Notes under the pieces: generated by a model
Seen by the model: only the letters and a program-made list of their open reading frames with translations
The model's database searches: none
Told to the model about the DNA's origin: nothing
Position numbers and translations under genes: made by a program
In this document: positions 27,395 to 36,934 of the stretch, in pieces
How the letters are laid out: each line of letters opens with the position of its first letter
Position numbering within the stretch: the stretch's first letter is position 1
Virus record (IMG/VR): IMGVR_UViG_3300033075_001228
Strand: one strand, 5' to 3'
DNA: 64,000 nucleotides
Origin: a virus
Lineage: Duplodnaviria; Caudoviricetes

Positions 27395-29335
27395 TTACAA
27401 AGCGATAGACTCGCTGCTTTGTTTCATTGAGGAAGGTTGGCGCCTTTGGCAAGTGATCCATGGCGTTTTTTCGCCTTTCCATTTACGATGCCAGATCCAG
27501 CCTCCGATCTGTTTAAGCTCAGCAGCGCGTGCTTCAATCATCTCTTCAGTCACCTGCGACCATGGAACATCAAACATCATGTTTTGTTCAGCAGAGTCTA
27601 CGAACTCGCCGCCAGCAAGGTTCACCCAATGCTTTGTCCAGTAATCACGGTAAAGCCGAATCTTTCGAGACAGGTTATGCCATGAGTAGTGAAACACGCT
27701 AGGAAGCTCTGTCACAGCAAGGTTAAACCAACGTTCATACTCCTGGCGTGCCTGTTCATTTCCCAGCATTGCTACCTGCCGGCAGCTTTCGATGTCAGGG
27801 GTGTAGAAAGAGACGTGGGGAAGCCTTTCATATGTCTCCTTGTCAATCATGTCGCAGCCGTCAGTTCCTTCAGAGGCACATAGCTCTCCATCAGCGTCAA
27901 CACGCCGAAGCTCCTTAGGAATGCCGTGCGTGATGTTTGGCTTGTTTCGACTAAGCCTCCACTTCCAAGGCTGGATGTCCATGCGGACCTTGTCGGGTCC
28001 TCCCCAATATTCAATGACTGGCAACGAGATGATGTCCGCGTTTCCTGGAAGGATGCGACACAGGTCGACGACCTTTTTTGCGTCATCTTCATGAACAACT
28101 TCATCGCTGTCCATCTGCCAGCAGAACTCCTTGGTGCACATGGCTCGAGCTTCTGCCTTCTGCATACCGTCGAACACCGGGTGACGTTTAGACGTCCAGT
28201 CTCGTTTGATCTGACGTAGGACGAGCCTTGGTTCCTTCAAGGCCCACGCGCGCAGGCGATCCCAAGTTTCATCAGTTGAACCGCCGTCGACAACGCAAAC
28301 CTCGTCACAGAACGTCAGCATCGACTGGATGCATTGCTCGAACGGATACCCCTGCTTGATACAGTTGTATGTTGTCGTGTAACCGCTGATGGTTGCTCTG
28401 TAGTCCATCGCGGCCTTGATGCCGTTCCAGAACGTTTTTCTTGCAGTGTAGAGATATTCTTCGATCGCAGTGAGGTCGTCTGTGGCAAACCACTCTTCGT
28501 TCTTGTGTTGAACGAAATCATTGAGCTGTAGCTTGCAACCTAACAGCTTTGCTTCAATGACCATGCGAGGACACGTGTCTGCACCGGCTGGAAGGTAAAC
28601 AAAGCCTTCGGCTTTTGAGAGCTTTTCTAGGAGTTGTTCGTACGGGATGTTCCATACGACTTCATGCTCCTTTTTGTTTCGTTCACACCATTCCTTTGCA
28701 CCTGCAAATCCCTTGACCCAAGAGTTGCTTCCTAGGACGATCCAACCGTGCCTGTCTGGGGAGGCTTCTTGTCGTAGCTTTTTGATCGTGCCTAACGTTA
28801 GGTCGTCAAAAACGCTTGACAAGACAGTGTTGTCCTTGTCTGCTAGGAACGGGAACATCGTTACGTACCGCTCTCGTTGCTTTTCGGACATCCACCAGAC
28901 GTGCATAGCCCCATAAAAGAACGAAGAGACTAGCTTTCCGTTCAGCTGGTTGTGACAGTCACAAGGCGTTCCTGCGTTTTGTAGGTGTTTCTCTGGAGAG
29001 CGAAACCTGCAGTACTTGTAGTCATACTCTAAGATCGAGTAACGCAAGTTAGCAACGATCGAAGGAATGAGCTGGGGATTCAGCTCAGCAAAGTTGCCAA
29101 AGATCCAGAACTTGTCTGACCCTTGTTTAAGGATGTCCAGGGTCACGTCTCGTGACCTTAGCTTCCAGGTTTCGATCGGGCTTGATGTGATCAGGGCCTC
29201 TGTCGTAAGCTCTGCTCCTCCGACGTAATCATCAACAAACAAGTCGGCAACAAAGATGACCTTACATGTCTGTGGAACGCTTAAGACAGGTTTGACATTG
29301 AAGATCTGATCGTTAAACACGCTTAGCCTCTTCAT
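27395..29335 (-). CDS. Two-domain glycosyltransferase (GT-B-like N-terminal domain fused to GT2)
   Basis: GGAE and DTCPRMVIEAKLLG, then YNC..., VVDGGSTD and QMDSDE. Confidence 0.82.
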   Translation of the reverse strand: MKRLSVFNDQIFNVKPVLSVPQTCKVIFVADLFVDDYVGGAELTTEALITSSPIETWKLRSRDVTLDILKQGSDKFWIFGNFAELNPQLIPSIVANLRYSILEYDYKYCRFRSPEKHLQNAGTPCDCHNQLNGKLVSSFFYGAMHVWWMSEKQRERYVTMFPFLADKDNTVLSSVFDDLTLGTIKKLRQEASPDRHGWIVLGSNSWVKGFAGAKEWCERNKKEHEVVWNIPYEQLLEKLSKAEGFVYLPAGADTCPRMVIEAKLLGCKLQLNDFVQHKNEEWFATDDLTAIEEYLYTARKTFWNGIKAAMDYRATISGYTTTYNCIKQGYPFEQCIQSMLTFCDEVCVVDGGSTDETWDRLRAWALKEPRLVLRQIKRDWTSKRHPVFDGMQKAEARAMCTKEFCWQMDSDEVVHEDDAKKVVDLCRILPGNADIISLPVIEYWGGPDKVRMDIQPWKWRLSRNKPNITHGIPKELRRVDADGELCASEGTDGCDMIDKETYERLPHVSFYTPDIESCRQVAMLGNEQARQEYERWFNLAVTELPSVFHYSWHNLSRKIRLYRDYWTKHWVNLAGGEFVDSAEQNMMFDVPWSQVTEEMIEARAAELKQIGGWIWHRKWKGEKTPWITCQRRQPSSMKQSSESIAL

Positions 29336-29368
29336 GATTCTAAGCTCTGGTCAGGCTCACTGTTTAAC

Positions 29369-29504
29369 GATCAAAATTTTGTAGATCGCTGGAGATACTT
29401 AAGAAAGTTACCCGTTTAGCTTACTCTTTCTAGATCTGGTTGACTGATCTTTTCTAGTGGAAGCTCTTCTCTAGTAGAAGCTTAGATCGATTTTCGATCT
29501 GATC
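29369..29504 (+). repeat. GATC-rich repeat/palindrome cluster at the coding-strand switch (candidate origin or regulatory hub)
   Basis: 7 GATC in 136 bp. TCTAGT(G/A)GAAGCT direct repeat at 29453 and 29470. Hairpin AGATCGA-TTT-TCGATCT. Confidence 0.5.
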
Positions 29505-29546
29505 ACTCTGTTAAATTTGCACCTTGACAGGAGATGTTTCATCACA

Positions 29547-30077
29547 ATGGTCAAAAAAATTTCGACATCGAATCGATCTGGTGGAGGAAGTCAAATAATG
29601 GACGTGCTGAGGCAGCTTCAAGATAAGGTGTTAAGCAGCGCCGCCTTAAACGGTGGCTTTGACACCTTGCTGCTCAAGGTCGATCAGATTGAAGAAAAGC
29701 AGGGTGAAATTGGGTCAATGGTCAACCAGGTACACGAAGCGATCTACAGGCTTGATGACGGTCTGTTTGCTAGGGTCAAGGACGTTGAGCAAGCAAAAAA
29801 GAGCGTGGAAAATGTGGAGATCATCGGAAAGACTGTTTTCCAACTGCAGCAGCTAGTTGAGTTGCTGCAGAGGTCGCTGGAAAAGGAGTCATCGTTAGCA
29901 TCAGATCGAGAAAAACTGATGAAAGAGCATGATAACAAGATCGCTGAGCTGCTGCAGTTTCAATCAAGGGTTTTTGCCTTCATCAAATGGTCTGCTGTTA
30001 CGATCGCTGGCAGCTTTATCACGATCATCGCTAAGCTAGCCTATGATTTTGTGTCTGGTCACGTTACCATGCACTAA
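29547..30077 (+). CDS. Coiled-coil protein with C-terminal transmembrane helix
   Basis: Heptad-rich body and hydrophobic C-terminus. Confidence 0.65.
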   Translation: MVKKISTSNRSGGGSQIMDVLRQLQDKVLSSAALNGGFDTLLLKVDQIEEKQGEIGSMVNQVHEAIYRLDDGLFARVKDVEQAKKSVENVEIIGKTVFQLQQLVELLQRSLEKESSLASDREKLMKEHDNKIAELLQFQSRVFAFIKWSAVTIAGSFITIIAKLAYDFVSGHVTMH

Positions 30078-30103
30078 GCCGACAAACTAGTGTATGTTTT
30101 ATT

Positions 30104-31330
30104 GTGGGTCACGGTAACGTTCAGAATGTTGTCGACAACGTTTTAAAGAAAGTGTATGAGCTTAGCCAACGCGTTGACAAACGCGTTCTAATCCAGGTAG
30201 GCCCTAACCTTTGCATTCACACAAGAATGCAAGCAGTGTTTAACCTAAAGTTTAGCGACAAAAGTTGCCAAGCAGTGCATGAGCTCGTGATGAACCATGC
30301 ACTTGCCGCAGAGAAAATGGGTCCAGGTGCCTTTGATGTCTTTCTGGAGATGTTGACAAAAAACACCAAAGGTAACCATGTCCTAGACCCAAAAGATTAT
30401 CCAGCCGTTCCTGGAAGCTGCCTGTCGATGGTTCCATCCAACGACGATGTTCGTTGGATCTTGGATGAGTGTCTTACAGATTCTAGACCGATCATCAAGG
30501 AAATGATCGATGTTGCGCTGCAAATGGCTGGATTTGCTGGAAGGATAGTGGTTGAAAAGGGAACATCGTCACCTTCGGTAGAGCTCATAAGAGGGTATTC
30601 GTTTTCTGAAACGCCTGTTTGGCCGCTTAACATTCGCCTAGAGTCACCAAGGATTGTTTGCATTGACGGGATGATAGAGTCAGTGAGCGAGCTGCACCAG
30701 TTTTTAGAGGACGTTGCAGAGGCAAAGGTGCCTGTCCTACTGTTCGTCAGGGGTTTAGCTGATGAAGTTAGCCATACGCTTCGCGTTAACTACGACAGGG
30801 GTTCATTGAAAGTTATCCCATTCATAGTCAAATTTGACCTAGAGGGATTGAATACGCTTAACGATATCTCAATTGCAGCCGGAGCCCGTTTGATTTCACA
30901 TCATGACGGCAATTTCATTAGCAGCGTGAAGCTTAGCGACGCTGCTGTGATTGATGAAGCTGTGATTTACCCAACGAAGGTCGCGTTGACCTCACCTTTG
31001 ACTGGTAAAGCAGTAAAGGCCCACGTTGAGTTCTTGAAACAAAAGAAGGCTGAACAGGTTGACGACGTTGCTCGGCTCTTTGATCTAAGAATCAGATCAT
31101 TGATGGCGAACCACGTGGTTCTTAGGCTGCCAGACGACAGGGAATTTGTTGTTGCGTCCCAGGCGATCGATAGGGCGCTGCGCGCAGTTAGGTCGTTGGT
31201 GGAACACGGCAGCATCATTGTTGACGACAAACGTATGTTGACGACAACGTACCTTGCTGCAAACGTCCATGCTGAGCGTTGCTTAGCAACGCTTCGAGGG
31301 TTAGGCTCGATCGTCAATCAGGCAGCTTGA
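30104..31330 (+). CDS. Degenerate GroEL/Cpn60-like protein
   Basis: AG..GRIVVEKG, ELIRGYSF, ESPRIVCIDGMIESVSEL, PVLLFVRGLADEV..TL.VN..RG and LNDISIAAGA follow GroEL intermediate/apical domain order. Confidence 0.7.
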   Translation: MGHGNVQNVVDNVLKKVYELSQRVDKRVLIQVGPNLCIHTRMQAVFNLKFSDKSCQAVHELVMNHALAAEKMGPGAFDVFLEMLTKNTKGNHVLDPKDYPAVPGSCLSMVPSNDDVRWILDECLTDSRPIIKEMIDVALQMAGFAGRIVVEKGTSSPSVELIRGYSFSETPVWPLNIRLESPRIVCIDGMIESVSELHQFLEDVAEAKVPVLLFVRGLADEVSHTLRVNYDRGSLKVIPFIVKFDLEGLNTLNDISIAAGARLISHHDGNFISSVKLSDAAVIDEAVIYPTKVALTSPLTGKAVKAHVEFLKQKKAEQVDDVARLFDLRIRSLMANHVVLRLPDDREFVVASQAIDRALRAVRSLVEHGSIIVDDKRMLTTTYLAANVHAERCLATLRGLGSIVNQAA

Positions 31331-32297
31331 GCACACCAAGCTTTTCAAGAACGCCAACGAGCTTGTTCACGTCTTTTACGCCGAGCGCGTCCATTTCTGG
31401 CTTAATTTTGTCAATGATCTTTTTTGTGGCTGGGTTGTCTACGACTTGAGCGCCGGGAGCAACCACGCCTGGTTTAGTGGATTTTGTGCCTTGCTCTGCG
31501 CTGCTAGCTGCGCTGACTTCTGAGCCTGTGCTTCCAGTTGTGCCCAAAGATCCTTGCTGAGCTGCTCCTGCAGCTGCTTGCCCGACAGCTTCAACGTTTT
31601 TGAGGCTGTTGGTTACTGATGCGCTTATTGCGTTGAGCTCCTTGAGCTTCATCTTAAGCATGTCGTTGGCAAGCTGCTTAAGCCCTTCTTTTCCCTTGAG
31701 GTACTTGTCGACCCAATTCTTGCCAATGTTTGCTAAAACGCCCTCTGGTTTAAATCCTTTGATGATGACGTTTTGTAACGCACCTAGCTTCTTTTTTTCT
31801 TCTGGATTCAAGGAACTTAGGGCGCCTGGGTTTGTTAGCTCGTTAGGCTCTTTGCCAGTGACGACAGAGCCTAACACCTGGTCATCTTTGCCACCTAACG
31901 CAGAAACGTACTGCGTAAATTGACTGAAGAAGTTGTTCAGTGCGTCAGCAAATGCGAGAACGTCTACGAGTGGATTTTCTTTTTGGTCTTTGAAGAGGTT
32001 GATGATTTTGCGTATTAGACCTTGGCTTTTGTCGCCACCGAGCACCTTGGTGACGTCAGCGACAGCTACGTCTCTTGCCTTTGACAGCGAAGAGATGCCG
32101 CCAAAATTGATTGCTCTTAGCTTTTTGACGATGTCGATGGCAGCTGCCATCTGTTGCTTATCGAAGGCTTCAAAGATCATTCTGCTTCGCTCATCACGAA
32201 CTATCTCTGAGATCAATCCATCGATAGATTCAAGGCGTTCTTGAAGCTGGTTAACTTGTTTGATCTCATAGCGTTCTTTAAGCGTTTTCACTAACAA
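31314..32297 (-). CDS. Hypothetical helical protein, possibly virion-internal
   Basis: 327 aa. TTG start with AGGAG RBS and TATTTA upstream. Confidence 0.75.
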   Translation of the reverse strand: MLVKTLKERYEIKQVNQLQERLESIDGLISEIVRDERSRMIFEAFDKQQMAAAIDIVKKLRAINFGGISSLSKARDVAVADVTKVLGGDKSQGLIRKIINLFKDQKENPLVDVLAFADALNNFFSQFTQYVSALGGKDDQVLGSVVTGKEPNELTNPGALSSLNPEEKKKLGALQNVIIKGFKPEGVLANIGKNWVDKYLKGKEGLKQLANDMLKMKLKELNAISASVTNSLKNVEAVGQAAAGAAQQGSLGTTGSTGSEVSAASSAEQGTKSTKPGVVAPGAQVVDNPATKKIIDKIKPEMDALGVKDVNKLVGVLEKLGVLKLPD

Positions 32298-32353
32298 CGT
32301 CTCCTGTATTTACTCATGCTAAATAGGTTGTTACAGTTTACGTATAGGTAGGA

Positions 32354-32650
32354 ATGAGCAGCATGCAGCCAATTGACAAGATCAGCAAGTCTTCATGGGC
32401 GCTTCATGAGACAGTGAAAGACACCGTTGCAAATAACATCGTTTTAGCTGTCAGGAGCGGGCAAGTAGCCATTGAACAAAGCATCTTGGAAAGGTTGTTG
32501 ACGATCGTTAGCTTGTCTGCTGATGAAGGTTACAACAAAGGCTTCAAGTCGTTTGCTAGGTCTGTTGATGAGGAGCTGAAAACCAGCAAGCCAACGGATC
32601 CTGAGGCTTCAAAGCCAGCCAAAAACCAAAATCCTACGAAAAAAAAGTGA
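32354..32650 (+). CDS. Hypothetical protein
   Basis: 98 aa ORF. Confidence 0.65.
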   Translation: MSSMQPIDKISKSSWALHETVKDTVANNIVLAVRSGQVAIEQSILERLLTIVSLSADEGYNKGFKSFARSVDEELKTSKPTDPEASKPAKNQNPTKKK

Positions 32651-32692
32651 CGATTTGGTCTTGGCTTCGTTCAATTTTTCGATAGGACACGA

Positions 32693-33157
32693 GTGATAAT
32701 CGGGCAAAAACACTTGGTTAAGTGTCGATGTGTGCTGCCGCAGTTTAAGCAAGCGGCTCAGCCACCTCGGCATCAGTTCGTTGTGTTTTCAGTCATTGAT
32801 AACGACGTAGTCAAACCAAAGTATGCCCAGTGTCCCAACTGCGGCCTGGTTCACAAGGTCGTTGAGATCTCTCGCTCAGAGATCATCAAAAGCAGGGAAT
32901 CGATGCCATCGCTCATAACGATTGATGATATCAGGCCTTCCTTACCAGAAACGTTAGCTGCAGTCTTGGACAACAACCATGCTGATCTTCCAACCTGGGA
33001 AGCTGTTCAGTTCATAATTGAAAATAAACGTTGGGGAGAGTTTGTTGTCTTGACGTCAGACACCGAAGACGGTCAAAAGCAAGGCAAGTACGTTCGATTG
33101 ATCGGCGAACGGTTGTTTAAGGTTGACAACTATGTTCGTGACGAGGTTATCAAATGA
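32693..33157 (+). CDS. Zn-binding hypothetical protein
   Basis: CRC ... CPNCG..H. Confidence 0.7.
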   Translation: MIIGQKHLVKCRCVLPQFKQAAQPPRHQFVVFSVIDNDVVKPKYAQCPNCGLVHKVVEISRSEIIKSRESMPSLITIDDIRPSLPETLAAVLDNNHADLPTWEAVQFIIENKRWGEFVVLTSDTEDGQKQGKYVRLIGERLFKVDNYVRDEVIK

Positions 33158-33417
33158 GCAAGATGCTTTATGGTGAGCTTCAATCTGAAAAGCTAGCAGA
33201 TGAAAATCTGGTGTGTAGGCAGATTGTTCGTGAGATTTCACAGTTTGGTGTCACTGAACGACAACGAATGTTGATCATCTTTTTGCTCGCCCTTGAGATT
33301 GAGGATCAGGACAGGATGAGAGAAATCACAGCCTGCGTAAAAGATGTAGCAGGCGACGAGTTGTTCTTGTCAAACCAAAAGATTGAGGAGGCGTCAGGTG
33401 GGTCGTTCAACGTTTAA
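33154..33417 (+). CDS. Hypothetical protein
   Basis: 87 aa with ATGA overlap. Confidence 0.7.
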   Translation: MSKMLYGELQSEKLADENLVCRQIVREISQFGVTERQRMLIIFLLALEIEDQDRMREITACVKDVAGDELFLSNQKIEEASGGSFNV

Positions 33418-33994
33418 CTCTCAGCCTGCTATTAACGCTCATGATGACAGCCAAGTTGTGGTGATCAATGGGCAGATCGATAACTCCAGAATCGTGATGT
33501 TACACGGTGACGTTAACGAACACTCGATTTCGTTGGTCATCGCCCAGCTTCTTCAGCTGGCTAACACAAGCAGGAAACCAATCTATCTTGTTGTTTCAAC
33601 GTATGGTGGCTCGATCGATGAGATGTTTTGTCTCTATGACACGATCAAGCTGCTTCCTTGTGAAGTACACACGATTGCGTTAGGAAAAGTGATGTCTGCT
33701 GGCGTGTTGTTGCTTGCATCAGGAACCAAAGGAAAACGCATGATTGGCGCATCTGTACGGATCATGATGCATCCAATCTGGGGAAGCGCCTCTGGAAACG
33801 TTTTTGAAATTCACAACGAAGCAAAGGAATTTAGCAGGCAGCAAGAGCTATTTGTGGAAACGTTAGCGCGAGAAACCAAGCTAACGCCTGCGCAGATTCA
33901 AAAAATCATGAAAGCAGGGCACGATTTTTACATCATGCCTGATAAAGCCGTCAAGTACGGTATCGTTGATCGCATCTTTGCAAGCGTTCCTTAG
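33398..33994 (+). CDS. clpP: ClpP-like protease proteolytic subunit
   Basis: STYGGS, GKVMSAG (Ser), IMMHP (His) and AVKYGIVD. GTG start with GGAGG. Confidence 0.88.
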   Translation: MGRSTFNSQPAINAHDDSQVVVINGQIDNSRIVMLHGDVNEHSISLVIAQLLQLANTSRKPIYLVVSTYGGSIDEMFCLYDTIKLLPCEVHTIALGKVMSAGVLLLASGTKGKRMIGASVRIMMHPIWGSASGNVFEIHNEAKEFSRQQELFVETLARETKLTPAQIQKIMKAGHDFYIMPDKAVKYGIVDRIFASVP

Positions 33995-34057
33995 TTGTAA
34001 AGAAGCAAGTTTGGCGGTAGTTTTAAGTCACACAGTTGTGTGTCAAGAACACTGCGA

Positions 34058-35737
34058 ATGAAAACACATACGATCAACGATTGGCAACAATACTTTCCTT
34101 TTAGCATCGTTCGCCCAGAACAGGAAAGGGCTGTTGATTTCATCACAAATGCTTTTCTAAATGAACAAAAGCGTTTTGTGATTGTTGAGCTCGGAACAGG
34201 CGTTGGCAAATCTGCAACTGGCGTTGCTGTCGCAAGGTATCTGGCCAGCCTGGCCAGGCCAGTCTCCGCTGAGGAGACGTCTCCAGGAACGTATATTCTT
34301 ACAACACAGAAAGTGTTGCAGGATCAGTACGTAAATGATTTTGGCAGCAACGGTAAAAACCTGTTGAGGTCAATCAAGTCTAGCTCAAACTATACGTGTA
34401 AGCATTACACAGATCAAACTTGTGCATCTTCTCGACGCTTGTTAACGCAGCTTAGAAAACAGCTGGCTGGCACAGATTTTTGGAACTGCTGCAAGGTCAT
34501 GTGTCCCTATGTCCTTGAGAAGCAGGAATTTCTAGATGCAAACATCGGTATCACGAACTTTTCGTACTTCTTGGCTGAGTCAGCTTACGCAGGGAAGATC
34601 ATACCAAGGGACCTTCTAGTCATTGACGAGTGTCATAACGTTGAGCTAGAGCTAGGCAAATTCATCGAAGTAACGTTTTCAGAAAAGTTTGCAAAGGATG
34701 TTTTGAAGGTTAGGGCGCCGCTTCTAAAGAAGAACGATGATGATAACGTAAAAGCTGTGTTTACGTGGGTGACCAAGTCATACAAACCAGCGTTGGTGAA
34801 GCACATCGCTAAGCTGGAGAAACAGCTAGAGAAAAGCGTTGCTAAGGAGCAAGGCCTGACAGACATTAGCAAGCAATACGAGATGCTGGACAAGCACATT
34901 TGCAAGGTCAACAGGTTGGTTGCTTCTTTCAACCCTGACAACTGGGTTGTAAACATTGTTGACCCGAAACCAGGAACTCGTTCTGGTCGCAAATATGAAT
35001 TTAAGCCAATCGATGTGTCAAGCTATAGCCATGACATGCTGTATCGTTTTGGTGCCAGGGTGTTGATGATGTCTGCAACGATCGTTGATCATGATATCTT
35101 CTGCCGGTCAATTGGCATAAACCCCAGCGATGCTGCGTTTTTGAGGATACCTTCCCCGTTTCCGATTGAGAATAGACCCATTCATTACCTTGGCGTTGGT
35201 AAAATGTCAATGAACAACATCGAATCAACGTTGCCAAAGATGGCTGAAGTTGTGTCTATGTTGATGGACCAACACCCAAATGACAAAGGGATTATTCATT
35301 GCGTGTCTTTTAAGGTAGCACAGTACCTTCGTCAAAATGTCAAATCCGACAGGTTGGTGATCCATGATTCGCTAAACAGAGACCAAGTTTTACGAGATCA
35401 CATCGACGGTTCTCGGCCGACCGTGTTGCTGTCCCCATCGATGATGGAAGGCGTCAATTTGGCTGATGACGCAAGCAGGTTTCAGGTGCTGTGCAAGGTT
35501 CCCTTTCCGTATCTTGGCGACAAGGTCGTGAAAAAGAGAAAGCTTCGTGATCCAAAATGGTACCCGTTTCAAACGGCAAAGGCTGTGATTCAGTCAATGG
35601 GCAGAAGCGTTCGAAACGAAAATGACCATGCGGTTTCCTACATCTTAGACGAGGACTGGGATTACTTCTTTAAGCTCAACCAAGCGCTGTTTCCAGATGA
35701 CTTCATCAAGTCATTTGTAACAAGCGGTCGTCGTTGA
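34058..35737 (+). CDS. DinG/XPD-family SF2 helicase
   Basis: GTGVGKS, Fe-S cysteines, DECH, MSAT, EGVN and QSMGRSVR. Confidence 0.9.
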   Translation: MKTHTINDWQQYFPFSIVRPEQERAVDFITNAFLNEQKRFVIVELGTGVGKSATGVAVARYLASLARPVSAEETSPGTYILTTQKVLQDQYVNDFGSNGKNLLRSIKSSSNYTCKHYTDQTCASSRRLLTQLRKQLAGTDFWNCCKVMCPYVLEKQEFLDANIGITNFSYFLAESAYAGKIIPRDLLVIDECHNVELELGKFIEVTFSEKFAKDVLKVRAPLLKKNDDDNVKAVFTWVTKSYKPALVKHIAKLEKQLEKSVAKEQGLTDISKQYEMLDKHICKVNRLVASFNPDNWVVNIVDPKPGTRSGRKYEFKPIDVSSYSHDMLYRFGARVLMMSATIVDHDIFCRSIGINPSDAAFLRIPSPFPIENRPIHYLGVGKMSMNNIESTLPKMAEVVSMLMDQHPNDKGIIHCVSFKVAQYLRQNVKSDRLVIHDSLNRDQVLRDHIDGSRPTVLLSPSMMEGVNLADDASRFQVLCKVPFPYLGDKVVKKRKLRDPKWYPFQTAKAVIQSMGRSVRNENDHAVSYILDEDWDYFFKLNQALFPDDFIKSFVTSGRR

Positions 35738-35792
35738 ACAAAATGGTTTACAGGATGCCCAGGTATGATAGTGTCATGTTGGAGGTTTTGTA

Positions 35793-36017
35793 ATGGATGA
35801 ATCGAGCGTTGTGTCAAAGTGGAATGAACTGAAGGTTCTTGTCGAGGCCCTTGAGCTTGACATGCAGAAAAATGCAAACGGAAATGCTTCTTCTGGGGTT
35901 CGTGTACGAAAAGGGCTACGTGATCTGAAGTCGCGCGCTGCTGAGCTTGTCAAGCTAACCATCAGCCTTGACAAGGAAAAGAAGGCCAACAAGCCGCCCA
36001 AGGAAAAGAAAGCCTAA
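35793..36017 (+). CDS. Histone H1-like (Hc1-type) nucleoid protein
   Basis: GNASSGVRVRKGLRDLK motif and Lys-rich tail. Confidence 0.7.
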   Translation: MDESSVVSKWNELKVLVEALELDMQKNANGNASSGVRVRKGLRDLKSRAAELVKLTISLDKEKKANKPPKEKKA

Positions 36018-36105
36018 AGTGTCAAAGGGCTTTTGAAGCTTGTGTGGGTGCCTCATAGGCACCCACTGCTGTATGAACCTACTTATCGTTAGCGTCGGAG
36101 AAGTA

Positions 36106-36531
36106 ATGCCATCATCAAAAGCAGTGTTAAGAGACATCCATGATTTGGCCCTTAACCCAAAGGTAGCCTACAAAAACGTTAGACCTTCTGGTCGGCTGCA
36201 AAGCCAACATCACGTTGCTAGGCACATTGAGTCCGAGAAGCAAGACGTTGTTGCTGACGAAGCGTTGCTGGCTGATGTGGAAGTTAAACCTGTGACAACA
36301 AATCTAGATGAATTTGTTCTTGAACCCGCGATTGAGTTTGTTGCAGCGGAGCCTGTTCAATCAGTTGAGCAGCCAAGCTTTGTTCAGGTTGTTGAGCCCG
36401 AAGTAATAGCAACCGTAGATGTTGTTGAGGCTGCGGAAGCAGTTGAACCTGAGAAGCCTTTACGGCTAGCTAAACCAAAGCCAACTAACAAACTAAAGGA
36501 AACCAAAGCAACGCAGAAAAACAACAAATGA
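36106..36531 (+). CDS. Hypothetical low-complexity (Glu/Val/Pro) protein
   Basis: ATG 36106 with GGAG RBS. Confidence 0.65.
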   Translation: MPSSKAVLRDIHDLALNPKVAYKNVRPSGRLQSQHHVARHIESEKQDVVADEALLADVEVKPVTTNLDEFVLEPAIEFVAAEPVQSVEQPSFVQVVEPEVIATVDVVEAAEAVEPEKPLRLAKPKPTNKLKETKATQKNNK

Positions 36532-36534
36532 ACG

Positions 36535-36819
36535 TTAGCTTATGTTACGGATCTTTTCAAAGATCCCCTTCTCAATCTGGCAGATTCTCATGCGGGTCAG
36601 ACCGTAAATTTGACCGATTTTTTGAAGCGTATGAGGTCCATCTTGCGCAGCAATGATGACGCAGTTGTTGCTTTCCGCGTGTTCAATCCACTGTGGGCAC
36701 GACTTGCGTAAGCAGTTTACGTTATGCTGAGCCTGTACGCGAAAGCACGTTGTACCGGGAACAACTTTCTGGTCGTCTGCTTTTTGAATAACGTTCAAGT
36801 GTTTTTTGCCCTTTTGCAT
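36535..36819 (-). CDS. Small Cys-rich protein with sigma-70 region 4 HTH
   Basis: HTLQKIGQIYGLTRMRICQIEK..EKIR. Confidence 0.8.
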   Translation of the reverse strand: MQKGKKHLNVIQKADDQKVVPGTTCFRVQAQHNVNCLRKSCPQWIEHAESNNCVIIAAQDGPHTLQKIGQIYGLTRMRICQIEKGIFEKIRNIS

Positions 36820-36934
36820 TGTTTGGTGCTCAGCTTGAGTTGGTATAATGTAACAACGAAGGCTCTTCGTGTACAAAAAGGTTGGTATTTGAGCTAAATG
36901 AGTGTGTTAATACCACACGTTCAGGACAGGAAAA

